Of a stretch of DNA of 64,000 nucleotides, positions 54,360 through 64,000 are shown in pieces. The notes beneath the pieces were generated by a model. The model ran no database searches. It saw only the letters and a program-made list of their open reading frames with translations, and had not been told where the DNA came from. This DNA is from an uncultured Chloroflexia bacterium (GTDB lineage Bacteria > Chloroflexota > Anaerolineae > CG2-30-64-16). Every line of letters begins with the position of its first letter. The stretch's first letter is position 1. The position numbers and the translations under genes are program-made. The stretch is taken from positions 32,001 to 96,000 of the forward strand of contig CAWEMM010000001.1 of the NCBI GenBank assembly GCA_963810095.1, written 5' to 3'.

Positions 54360-55563
54360 CTACTTCTGATAGTTCGCGATGTTCTGTTGGTGCTCGGCGA
54401 GCGTCGTCGCGAACACGTGGCCCCCGTCGCCCGTGGCGACGAAGAAGCAGTACTTCGTGTCGGCCGGCTTCACTGCCGCCTCGATTGCAGACAGGCCGGG
54501 GCTGGCAATCGCCGCGGGCGGCAGGCCCGCTCGCAGGTACGTGTTGTAGGGCGATTGAACGGTCGAGTAAGCCTCGACGCTCGGCGGCTTCCACCACCAC
54601 TCGCCGGGCCGGCCCGCGGCGTACTGCACCGTCGGATCGGCCTGCAGGTACGCGCCGCCGGTCTCCCTGCTGCATGCGCCGCTGGCGCGGTTCCAATACA
54701 CACTGGCGACCAGTGGTCGTTCATCTGCCCGGGGCGCCTCCCGCTCGACGATGGAGGCCATGATGACGACCTGCTCGAGTCCGCGCCCCGCCTGGCCCGC
54801 GCTGGCCAGCGTGTCGTGGTTGACCTTCGCCTGGAAGTTGTCCAGCATGCGCTTCAGCAGGTCTGAAGGCTGCGCGGGCACCGGCAGACGGTATGTATCG
54901 GGGAAGAGGTAGCCCTCGAGGGTCGTGAGCCCGGCCGGCAGCCAATCGTACTCGCCGATCGCACCTGCCGACGCGCTGCCGCCCTGCACCATGGCCAGGA
55001 AGGCCGACCCATCCATCACGCCCTTCACGTCGAGCAGCTCGGCCACTTCCTCGGCGCGCATGCCTTCGGGCACGGTGAACGTGATTTCCTCATAGCGCGC
55101 CCGCTGCAGCCGGTCGGCAATCTCCGCCATGGTCATGGCAGGCGAGATCTCGAACGTCGCCGGCAGCCAATTTCTGATCGATCGCCGTTGTAGCGCATAT
55201 AGCGGCGGAACAGGTCGCGTCCTTGATGAAGCCCTCTTCCTCGAGGCGCGTCGCGACGCTCAGCGCAGTCTCGCCGCTGTCGATCGTGAAGATCTTGCGC
55301 TTGTCTTCCGTGCTGGCCGGGGTGTCGATCGCGGCCTGCTGGGTGCGCAAATACAGGCCCGTCAGCCGCTGCTCGATGGTCGCGGGCTGCAAGTCGAGCG
55401 GCTGCTCGGAGGCAGGCTTGAGCAAGGCCACGTGGGCCGGCTCGGGCACGTCGTTCAGCTGGGCCGACACGAAGCTGACCGCCACGAAGCCCAGGACCGC
55501 GAGGGCCGAGAGCGGCACAAGAAAGAGCATGAAGCGTAATATGAGATGAAGCGCCCGGTGCAT
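54360..55563 (-). CDS. mltG: Endolytic peptidoglycan transglycosylase MltG (frameshifts near 55150-55215)
   Basis: N-terminal TM, TVPEG, LEGYLFPDTY, ASIVERE, LQADPTVQY, SPYNTY and GLPP. Confidence 0.92.
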
Positions 55564-56037
55564 CAGAGGGCCTTCCTCCTTCGAGCTATCGAGAAAATCC
55601 GCCAGGATCAGGGCGGCAGCTGCGGCGTCGATCCCGGTCCTGCCACCCGCCTCGGCGAGGCGCTCTGCGGCGTCGACGGACGACAGCGTCTCATCCCAGA
55701 ACGCAACGGGCACGTCCAGGCTGCCGGCAAGCCGTCCCGCGTAGCGCCGGGTCCAGCGGGCCTGTGATCCCGACGCCTCAACCGCGCCCTCGGCGCCCGG
55801 CTCCCCGGCGTCCGCGCCGGGCATACCCACGAGCACGCCGACGGCACGCTCACGACGAACGAGGTCGGCGATGGCCGCGAAGTCTTCCGCACGCGTCGCA
55901 TGCCGCCGCACGACGTCGAGCGGCGACGCCAGCATGCCCGCTTCGTCGCACACCGCCACGCCGATACGCGCCTGCCCCAAGTCGAGTGCCAGCAGGCGGC
56001 CGGCAGGCAAGTCAAAGGCCGAGGGCAGAATGGACAT
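55563..56037 (-). CDS. ruvX: YqgF/RuvX-family nuclease
   Basis: Motifs LLALDLGQARIGVAVCD, VGMP, WDETLSS and IDAAAAALIL. Confidence 0.92.
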
Positions 56038-56044
56038 GAGCGCG

Positions 56045-57672
56045 CTACGGCTTCATCGCCAGCCGTGCGGCCTCGTCCCAATCCACGTCGACGCGGATCC
56101 GCCACGGCAGGGACGGCAAGTTGAGCGGGATCACGTACGGCAGCCAGTCGGGGCCCAGCGCGATCTCGGGCGGCCGCGCGAGCGCGAAGCGTTGCTGGAG
56201 CACGGCAGTCGCCTGCATCGGGGGCCATGCCCATGACCGCGCTGCGGACCGCCGCCGTGTCGACCGGCCGGAGAACAGTCCCTTCGGCGGTCACCGAGAA
56301 GCCCACGCCGCCGTCCTTGCCCGTCACGACCGAGCCCGGGATGAACTTGATCGTGTCGGAAATCAGCCGGGTGCCGGGGGGCATCGTCTCCTGCAGCTTC
56401 GGCGAGCGCGGCCTTGTTGGCCTCTGCCTGGTCGACCGCGAGGCCGACGGCCTGCACGCTCATGCTGAGGAACAGGTCTTCGGACACCTCGCCGACGAAC
56501 GGCGTGAACGAAGGCGAGAGGGGCAGGTAGCTGATCGACTCGGGCGAGATGAAGCTTGCCCTTCACGTCGCGCTCGACCAACTTGTCGAACGCCTGCTTC
56601 TTCAATTCCTCGAACAGCTGCGCCTGCAGCCGCGTCTTGTCTTCCTCGGTCACCACCGGCTGGGGGGCAGTGGTGCCGCCGCCAAAGCCGGCGTCGTTGG
56701 AGACGGCGACAGAGAGTGAGAGCGGGCCCTCGACGCGGGTCACCGTGCCTGCCCGAGCGTTGCCGTCTGGACCGGGCAGCAGCGCCTCGACCTGCGCGAC
56801 GGCGCGGCCATTGGGCCCCAGGTCGGTCGCAGCCAAGTGTGCCGATACTGAAAGTTGTTGCCGGTGGCCGTCGAGACGACGGTGCCCTGGGGAATCTTGA
56901 TCCCCCGGCTGGTCATGTTGATGAAGACGACCCGGCCGCGCGCCTTGCCTGCGGGCTCGGGCCGGCGCCCCGTCGTCTTCGTGCGCGCCTCGCCCGACAA
57001 CCTGCACGCTGATCGGTCTGTGCAGGCACAACGCCGGCCTCGACGTCGGTGCGGGCATCGGGCACGGCCTGCAGTTGGACGGTGGCGCGGATGGGCTCAG
57101 AGGCCGGCGTAACGACGATCTGCGCCGCCGGGACCACGGCCATCAGTGCGTACAACAGGACGGCGAACAGCACGACCAGCGCCAACAGCAGCCCAAGGGT
57201 CTGCCACCAGGGGCTCGGACGACGGGCGAACGACCGGACATACTCGAACGGCCGGAAGCCCGAAGGGGACGTTTTTTGAAACACGCCCGGACCCAGGGGC
57301 ACGACAACTTGCGCGTCGGGCGGGCGGCGCCGGGAGGGCGCAGGGAGCGTGACGCGGTGCCACCGGGCGCGCTCGGCGCGGCTCAGTGCTCTGGAAGGTG
57401 CTGATACCCTCCCGGCCCAACGCCCTGCGCGAACCAACGTGGCGCGTGACAAACGCAACCTCAACCCCCTGATACGCCGCCTCGCGACGGATCACGGCGG
57501 CTGCGGGAGCATCGATGTGCAGATGCCCCGGCAGGACAAAGAGGACCCGCTCGCCGCGGGAGGTTGCTCGCAGCCCAGCCAGAATACCGGCGAGACCGTC
57601 GACCGCGCCGCCCTGAACTTCCTCAGAGCTCCGCGGTCGATCGCCTTCGCCCAAGATGTGCGTTATCGTCAT
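56045..57672 (-). CDS. Membrane-anchored baseplate J/gp47-like protein (about five frameshifts)
   Basis: Reconstructed across frames: a cytoplasmic N-domain, one TM, ARGRVVFIN...IPQGTVVST, VEALLPGPDGNARAG, VSNDAGFGGG and a C-terminal LPSLPWRI. ATGA overlap with alaS. Confidence 0.7.
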
Positions 57673-60447
57673 TTCTTCAGTTGCTGGCGCACCACGTCTG
57701 GAACCTGCGCCAATGCCTCGCTAAGTTTGGATAGATCGCGGCCGCCGGCCTGTGCCAGGCTCGCGCGACCGCCGCCGCCCCCGCCGACGACCCGGGCAAC
57801 CGCCTTGACCAGGTCGCCTGCATGCGCGCCGCGAGTCAAGCAGGTCGTCGGTGACCGCTGCAATAAACTGCGGCTTGTCGTCGATGGCCGTTGCCAGCAC
57901 GACGACCGCGGAGCCGAGCAACTCGCGGAGCTTGTCGCTCATCTCGCGTAAGGTCTGCATGTCCGCACCGGGCACTTCGGCCGTCACAACCTTGGCGCCA
58001 TCCACGTCGACCGCGGCGGCCGCCAGCCGGTCGGTCTGCTGCATGGCGAGCTGTGCCTTTAACCGGGCGTTCTCTTTCTGGCTTGTTTGCAGCTCGGCGT
58101 ACAGGTTGCGCACGGCCCGGTCGATCTGGTCGGGCTGTACTCGGAGGACGGCCGCAGTCTGGTCGAGCAGGCGGAGGCGGCTTTGCGCCAGGTGCTGCGC
58201 CTCGCGGCCGGTCACGGCCTCGATGCGCCGCACGCCCGCGCCGATGCTCTCCTCGGACACGATATGGAAGAAGGCGATTTCGCCGGTGTGCGCGACGTGG
58301 GTGCCGCCGCACAACTCCTTCGAATACACGTCGTCCTCCCAGCCCACCTCGACCACCCGGACCTCGTCCCCGTACTTCTCGGTAAACAGCGCGGTTGCCC
58401 CGCCGGCAACGGCCTCGCGGTACGGCATCTGCTCGAACTCGACGGGCAGGTCCTCGAGCACGACCGCGTTCACGCCTTCTTCGATCGTGTCCAGCTCGTC
58501 CTGCGTCAGCATGGACGAGTGGGTGAAGTCGAAGCGCAGGCGGTCGGGCGCGACCACCGAGCCGGCCTGGTGGACGTGCTCGCCCAACAGGTCGCGCAAC
58601 TCGCGGTGCAACAGGTGCGTGGCCGTGTGGTTGCGCATGATGTCGAGCCGCCGGTCGAAGTCGACCTCGACCCAACAGGGATCGCCGACTTCCGGCGCGC
58701 CGCCGGTGACCTCGCCGATGTGGACGATCAAGCCGGGCACAGGGCGCCGGGTGTCCGACACCGCGATCTCCCAGACGATTTCGTCCGTGTCGCCTTCGTA
58801 GCGGGTGATGAAGCCCACGTCGCTTACCTGCCCGCCAGACTCCACGTAGAACGGCGTGACGGGGGTAACCACTTCAACCTTATCGCCTGCCCGCACCCGC
58901 GCGACGCGCTGGCCCTCGCGGACGAAGGCCGCGACCTTCGTCTCCAGCTCGAACTCATCGTACGGGTCCTGCTTCACACCCGCGGGGGCCAGCAAGCCTT
59001 CGGCCTTCAGGTCGCGCAACAGGTCCAGATACAACTGCACCCCTTCAGTCGCGTGGACGGCAAACTGCCCCGATGCCCTGGCACGCTCTTTCTGCTCGTT
59101 GAGTGCCGCCTTAAAGGCGTCGACGTCGAGGCTCAGGCCGTGCTCGCGGACCACGTCTAGCGTGAGGTCGAGCGGGAAGCCGTGCGTGTCGTACAGGCGG
59201 AAGGCATCCAGGCCAGGAACAACGGTCTGCGAGCGCTGTTTGACCCCGGCAATCAACTCGTCGAGGAGCGCGAGCCCGTTGGTTAGCGTCGTTCCGAAGC
59301 GGCTCTCTTCCAGCTCGATGTTGTTCAGAATGAATTCGCGCCGGCGCACCAGCTCGTCGTATTGCCCGCCCATCAAGTCGATCACGGTCTTGGCGACTTC
59401 GGCCAGGAACGGCTTGGTGAAGCCAAGCATGCGGCCGTGTCGGGCAGCCCGCCGCAGGATCAGGCGGAGCACGTAGCCCCGACCCTCGTTCGCCGGCATG
59501 ACGCCGTCGCCGATCAGGAAGCTGATGGCCCGGGCGTGGTCCGCGATGACGCGGTACGAAACGGCGCGAACCTCATTCTGCAGGTCGCGGGAAACGTCCC
59601 GGCCGACGCCCGACTCCGCCAGCAGCTTCTGGGTCGCCTCGATGATCGGCGCGAAGAGGTCGGTCTCATAGTTGCTGCGCTTGCCCTGCAGCACCTGGAC
59701 AACGCGCTCGAAGCCCATCCCGGTATCTACATGACGCGCGGGAAGGGCGGAGAGTTCCCCTTCTGCGTTGCGGTTATACTGGATGAAGACCAGGTTCCAC
59801 AGCTCGATATAGCGCCGGCAGTCGCCGTTCACGCGGCAGACATGGCCCGGCACGCCCTGCTTGTCGCACCGGTCGGGCCCGAGGTCCATGTGGATCTCGC
59901 TGCAGGGACCGCACGGCCCGGTGTCGCCCATCTCCCAGAAGTTCTCCTTGCGGCCGAAGAAGACGATGTGCTCTCGCTGGATGTCCGTCTCCGAACGCCA
60001 GTAGCCGGCGGCCTCGTCGTCGCGCTCGATCTGGCCCTTGTTGTCCTCGAAGACGGTGGCCCACAGCCGGTCCTTGGGCAGCCCCCACACCTGCGTCAGC
60101 AACTCCCAAGCCCACGCAATGGCTTCCTTCTTGTAGTAGTCGCCGAATGACCAGTTGCCCAGCATCTCGAACAGGGTGTGATGGTAGGGCGAGCGCCCCA
60201 CATCTTCCAGGTCGTTGTGCTTGCCGCTCACGCGCATGCACTTCTGCGCGTCGGCCACCCGCCGCGATTTCGGCTCGGCCATGCCGAGGAAGAAATCCTT
60301 GAACTGGTTCATACCCGCGTTGGTGAACAGGAGCGTTGGATCGTCCACAGGCACCAGCGAGGCGCTGGGCACGATCTGGTGTCCCTTACCGCGGAAGAAA
60401 TCGAGGAACTGCTGGCGAATCTGCGCGCTTGAATACTTCTGGGTCAT
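57669..60447 (-). CDS. alaS: Alanine--tRNA ligase (frameshift near 57840)
   Basis: TLLFTNAGMNQFK, HHTLFEMLGNWSFGDY, GPCGPCSE, DTGMGFER, editing motifs HTATH and ELCGGTH, and GGGGGGR. Confidence 0.97.
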
Positions 60448-60516
60448 TCGGTAAACCTCACAGGATAGACAAGGGAAGGCGCGCTGAATCATTCCGCCAG
60501 CGCGCCGTAAGCATTT

Positions 60517-60545
60517 ATTTTACGGGAGAAAGGGGGTATTGTCAA
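60517..60545 (-). promoter_or_regulatory. alaS operon promoter
   Basis: TTGACA-17 bp-TAAAAT on the minus strand, 70 nt from the start codon. Confidence 0.8.
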
Positions 60546-60577
60546 AGACATTGTACGCTCGACGATGCGTGTCTCCT

Positions 60578-60606
60578 TTGCCCACAGCTTGCTGCGGCGC
60601 GATAAT
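60578..60606 (+). promoter_or_regulatory. Promoter candidate for the GH3 gene
   Basis: TTGCCC-17 bp-GATAAT. Confidence 0.5.
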
Positions 60607-60670
60607 TCCCCTGCTCCACCTGCACAGCCAGTGGCGCGCCGCTGCAAATTACCACACGAAGGACCATTCC

Positions 60671-62935
60671 ATGACTTCCATCCAGTCCATCGTCGAGCAA
60701 ATGACGCTCGAAGAGAAGGCCGCCCTGTGTACGGGCGCTACGGCGTGGACGACCACGCCGATCGAACGACTCGGCGTGCCCGCCATGTGGGTGTCGGACG
60801 GGCCGCACGGCGTGCGCCGGGTGGCCGAAGCCACCGAGTTGACCATCGAGGCGCTGCCGGCCACGTGTTTCCCCACGGCTTCCCTGCTGGCAGCCACCTG
60901 GGACCGCGACCTGATCCACGAAATGGGGCAAGCCCTGGCCGAAGAGGCCATCGCCTTGGGCGTGGACGTGCTGCTGGGGCCGGGCGCGAACATGAAGCGC
61001 ACGCCGGTCTGCGGGCGCAACTTCGAGTACTTCTCCGAGGACCCGTTCCTGGCCGGCGAGATGGCCGCGAGCTTCATCGACGGCGTGCAGAGCAAAGGCA
61101 TCGGCACGTCGCTCAAGCACTACGCGGTCAACAACCAGGAATACAAGCGTATGGTCATCGACGCGGTGGTGGACGAGCGCACGCTGCGCGAGATCTACCT
61201 GCCCGCGTTCGAAACGGCCGTCAAGAAGGCGCAGCCCTGGACGGTCATGTGCTCGTACAATAAGATCAACGGCGTCTATGGCTCGGAGCAGCACCACCTG
61301 CTCACCGAGCTCCTCAAGGACGAGTGGGGGTTCGAGGGGTTCGTCGTGTCGGACTGGGGCGCGGTGCACGACCGGGTGAAGTCGCTGGACGGCGGGCTCG
61401 ATCTGGAGATGCCCGGCCCACGGCCCCGGCGCACGCAGGCGCTGGTCGACGCGGTGTGCGGCGGGCAGCTGGACGAGGCGCGGCTGGATGAGGCCGTGCG
61501 GCGCATCCTGCAGATGGTCTTCAAAGCGGCCGAAACGCCGAAGGGCCGGCCATTTGACCAAGCCGCGCACCACGCGCTGGCGCGCAAAGTGGCGGCGGAA
61601 GGCATGGTGCTACTGAAGAACGACGGCATCTTGCCGCTCGAGAACGTGGGCCACATCGCGGTCATCGGACGTGCCGCCCAGGAGCCGTACTTCCAGGGTG
61701 GCGGCAGCTCACACATCAACCCCACGCAGGTCGACCTGCCACTGGAGGAGCTACGGAACCTGGCCGGCGGGGCCGAGATCACGTTCGCCGAAGGGTATCC
61801 GACCGACGACAGCCGCCAGCCCGCGCTGATCGAAGCGGCAGTGGCCGCGGCGAAGCAGGCCGACGTCGCGCTGCTCTACGTCGCCCTGCCCTCGTGGAAG
61901 GAATCCGAAGGGTACGACCGGGCCGACCTCGACCTGACCGGCCAGCAGGTGGCGCTGATCCAGGCCGTGACCGCCGCGCAACCGAGGAGCGTCGTCATCC
62001 TGAACAACGGCTCGGCCGTGACAATGAGCGAGTGGATCGACGGGCCGGCTGCCGTGCTCGAAGCCTGGATGATGGGCCAGGCCGGCGCGGGCGCGATCGC
62101 CGACGTGCTCTTTGGCGTGGTCAACCCCTCGGGCAAGCTGGCCGAGACCTTCCCGCTGCGGTTGTCGGACACGCCTGCCTTCGTCAACTATCCGGGCGAG
62201 GGCAACACGGCTCGCTACGGCGAGGGTCTTTTCATCGGCTACCGGTACTATGACGCCCGCCGCCAGCCGGTGCTGTTCCCATTCGGGCACGGCTTCAGCT
62301 ACACGACCTTCGCCTATCACGACGCGGTCGTTTCGAGCCCCACGTTCCGGGATGTCGACGGGGTGACGGTCACGGTATCCGTGACGAACACCGGGAAGGT
62401 CGCGGGCAAGGAGACCGTGCAGGTCTACGTGCACGACCGGAAGGCCGGCCTCGTGCGGCCGCCGAAGGAACTCAAAGGCTTCGCCAAGGTGGAGCTGCAG
62501 CCGGGTGAGACGAAGCGGCTCAGCATTTCGCTCGATTTCCGGGCGTTCGCCTACTACCACCCGGCTTACGGGCAATGGATCACGGAAGATGGCGAATTCG
62601 ACATCCTGATCGGGGCCTCGGCGGCCGACATCCGCTGCACGGAGGTCGTCACGCTGCAGTCGACCCTCGACCTGCCGAGCCTGCTGGACAAGGAATCGAC
62701 GATGCGCGAGTGGCTGGCCGACCCCCGCGGGAGACCGGTCGTTGGGCCGATCGCCGACCAGATCGCGGCCCGCATGCTTGCCATCTTCGGCGAGGAGCAG
62801 AGCGAGCCGGAGAGCGGCATCACCGACTTCCTGCTCGACATGCCGCTGCTCGGCGTCCTGGAGTTCGACGAGAGCGTGCTGCCCGCGCCGGCCGAGGTGC
62901 TGCTGGCGGGGATGCTGGCGCAGGTGCACGGGTAA
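60671..62935 (+). CDS. GH3 beta-glucosidase (cytoplasmic) with fibronectin-III-like domain
   Basis: Motifs SDGPHGVR, GRNFEYFSEDP, KHYAVNNQE, VSDWGA (nucleophile), ESEGYDR, FPFGHG and ELKGF. No signal peptide. Confidence 0.95.
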   Translation: MTSIQSIVEQMTLEEKAALCTGATAWTTTPIERLGVPAMWVSDGPHGVRRVAEATELTIEALPATCFPTASLLAATWDRDLIHEMGQALAEEAIALGVDVLLGPGANMKRTPVCGRNFEYFSEDPFLAGEMAASFIDGVQSKGIGTSLKHYAVNNQEYKRMVIDAVVDERTLREIYLPAFETAVKKAQPWTVMCSYNKINGVYGSEQHHLLTELLKDEWGFEGFVVSDWGAVHDRVKSLDGGLDLEMPGPRPRRTQALVDAVCGGQLDEARLDEAVRRILQMVFKAAETPKGRPFDQAAHHALARKVAAEGMVLLKNDGILPLENVGHIAVIGRAAQEPYFQGGGSSHINPTQVDLPLEELRNLAGGAEITFAEGYPTDDSRQPALIEAAVAAAKQADVALLYVALPSWKESEGYDRADLDLTGQQVALIQAVTAAQPRSVVILNNGSAVTMSEWIDGPAAVLEAWMMGQAGAGAIADVLFGVVNPSGKLAETFPLRLSDTPAFVNYPGEGNTARYGEGLFIGYRYYDARRQPVLFPFGHGFSYTTFAYHDAVVSSPTFRDVDGVTVTVSVTNTGKVAGKETVQVYVHDRKAGLVRPPKELKGFAKVELQPGETKRLSISLDFRAFAYYHPAYGQWITEDGEFDILIGASAADIRCTEVVTLQSTLDLPSLLDKESTMREWLADPRGRPVVGPIADQIAARMLAIFGEEQSEPESGITDFLLDMPLLGVLEFDESVLPAPAEVLLAGMLAQVHG

Positions 62936-62967
62936 CTCGCGTTCCCGAATCCTGGCCCCGCTCTGCG

Positions 62968-63013
62968 GACGGCGGCCGGATGCGCGTCGAGTCGACGCGC
63001 ATCCGGACGTCGT
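62968..63013. repeat. REP-like long palindrome
   Basis: Perfect core CCGGATGCGCGTCGA-G-TCGACGCGCATCCGG, extended by GACGGCG/CGTCGTC. No T-tract. Confidence 0.7.
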
Positions 63014-63118
63014 CTAGCGTCCTGCCGCAAAGATTAGCAGGAGATGAAAGGGTAGGATGGCTGACTTCCCGGGCTTTCAAAACGAGTATAGCATCTTCGT
63101 CATGGAGATCATGTATTG

Positions 63119-64000
63119 ATGACAAAGACAACGATGCGCCTGGCCCTGGTTTTCCTGGCCTTGGTCCTTCTGAGCAGCTGCGGGAAGCCCGGCCGTGCCG
63201 AGTCTACCCCGCCCGGTTCCCGCGTGGGGCAGGAGCCGGCGTACCAGATTGCTACCGGCACGCCGCGCGCAGCGACCGCCACGCCGCGGGCAGCCCTGAG
63301 CCCGACGCCCAGCAGTGCTCCTTCGGCGACGCCCCGCCCAGCGCCTACACGGACGGCCCTGCCAACAGCCGAGCCGCCAATCACGTTTGCGGTCATCGGC
63401 GATCACGGAGCGCATTCAGAGGGCGAGAAGCAGGTCGCCGCGCTGGTCGACGGGTGGAGACCGGACTTCATCCTCGATACGGGCGACGCCTACTATTCCG
63501 CCGCCGGCGGCGACACGACGGACAAGTACGATCGCTCGGTCGGCGCGTATTACTGCGACTACCTGAAGGATGTGACCACCATGGGCACGGACTGTCCGCA
63601 TGGCGCCGCGGACACAAACCGGTTCTTCCCCACACTGGGCAACCACGACTACTCAGACGCCTCGCTCGATAACTACCTGAAGTACTTCAAGCTGCCGGGC
63701 GATGGCTTCACGAACACCTCGGGCAACGAGCGCTACTACGATTTTGTCTGGGGGCCAGTCCACTTTTTCGCGCTGAACTCCAACACGATGGAGCCGGACG
63801 GCACGAAGCCCGACTCGAAGCAAGGTCAGTGGTTGCAGAGGCAGTTGGCCGGATCGACCTCACCCTGGAACATCGTCTTTTTCCACCATCCCCCGTATTC
63901 GTCAGGCGCGAGCCACGGGGACCAGGCGTGGATGCAGTGGCCGTTCAAGGACTGGGGCGCCCAGGCCGTCTTCAGCGGACACGAGCACCTGTACGAAAGG
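63119..64000 (+). CDS. Calcineurin-like metallophosphoesterase lipoprotein, 3'-truncated by the window edge
   Basis: Read from the DNA (not in the ORF track): lipobox LSSC, a Pro/Thr linker, IGDHG, TGDAYY, LGNHDY, HHPPY and SGHEHLYER. Confidence 0.9.
   Translation, partial: MTKTTMRLALVFLALVLLSSCGKPGRAESTPPGSRVGQEPAYQIATGTPRAATATPRAALSPTPSSAPSATPRPAPTRTALPTAEPPITFAVIGDHGAHSEGEKQVAALVDGWRPDFILDTGDAYYSAAGGDTTDKYDRSVGAYYCDYLKDVTTMGTDCPHGAADTNRFFPTLGNHDYSDASLDNYLKYFKLPGDGFTNTSGNERYYDFVWGPVHFFALNSNTMEPDGTKPDSKQGQWLQRQLAGSTSPWNIVFFHHPPYSSGASHGDQAWMQWPFKDWGAQAVFSGHEHLYER

Noticed and set aside
55090-56037. Apparent RuvX-MltG in-frame fusion
   Set aside because: A TGATG stop/start overlap sits at 55561-55565 with an SD-like GGAGG upstream. 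One indel restores a normal RuvX end (ARRRKAL-stop).
56045-57672. Prophage or contractile injection system
   Set aside because: There are no sheath, tube, spike, capsid or integrase genes, and the baseplate-like gene has a TM and housekeeping context.

Overview
GC-rich chromosomal window, most likely from a Chloroflexota (Anaerolineae-like) genome. This is inferred from gene content: a T-box leader, a GAAC-N4-GTTC-type SOS box, Pro/Thr-rich surface proteins, and an alaS-baseplateJ-like-ruvX-mltG operon. The sequence carries roughly 30 or more single-base frameshifts, including in alaS, uvrA and pdp. I read these as long-read consensus errors, so many CDS boundaries are reconstructed and approximate. 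Layout: malY/patB; a tRNA operon (Ser-TGA, Ser-GCT, Arg-GCG); deaD; serS with a Ser T-box; a ~30 kb co-oriented surface-glycan cluster (5.8-36 kb: acyltransferase, ten GT2/GT4 transferases plus one membrane-anchored GT2, a B12-radical SAM, two O-antigen-ligase-family proteins, two SDR epimerases, Wzm/Wzt, a GT-C, a methyltransferase, a WbaP/WcaJ initiator, and two Pro/Thr-rich surface proteins); yigZ; a CapA-family lipoprotein; a dynamin-like GTPase; a GNAT; uvrA-methyltransferase-miaB; two secreted LysM proteins; trmFO; pdp; the alaS operon; a GH3 beta-glucosidase; and a partial metallophosphoesterase lipoprotein. No transposase, prophage or CRISPR array was seen. Best leads: (1) a membrane-anchored phage baseplate-J-like protein embedded in the alaS-ruvX-mltG operon; (2) a probable protein O-glycosylation system with a cobalamin radical SAM tailoring enzyme and adjacent candidate acceptors; (3) tRNA-Arg with a GCG anticodon.
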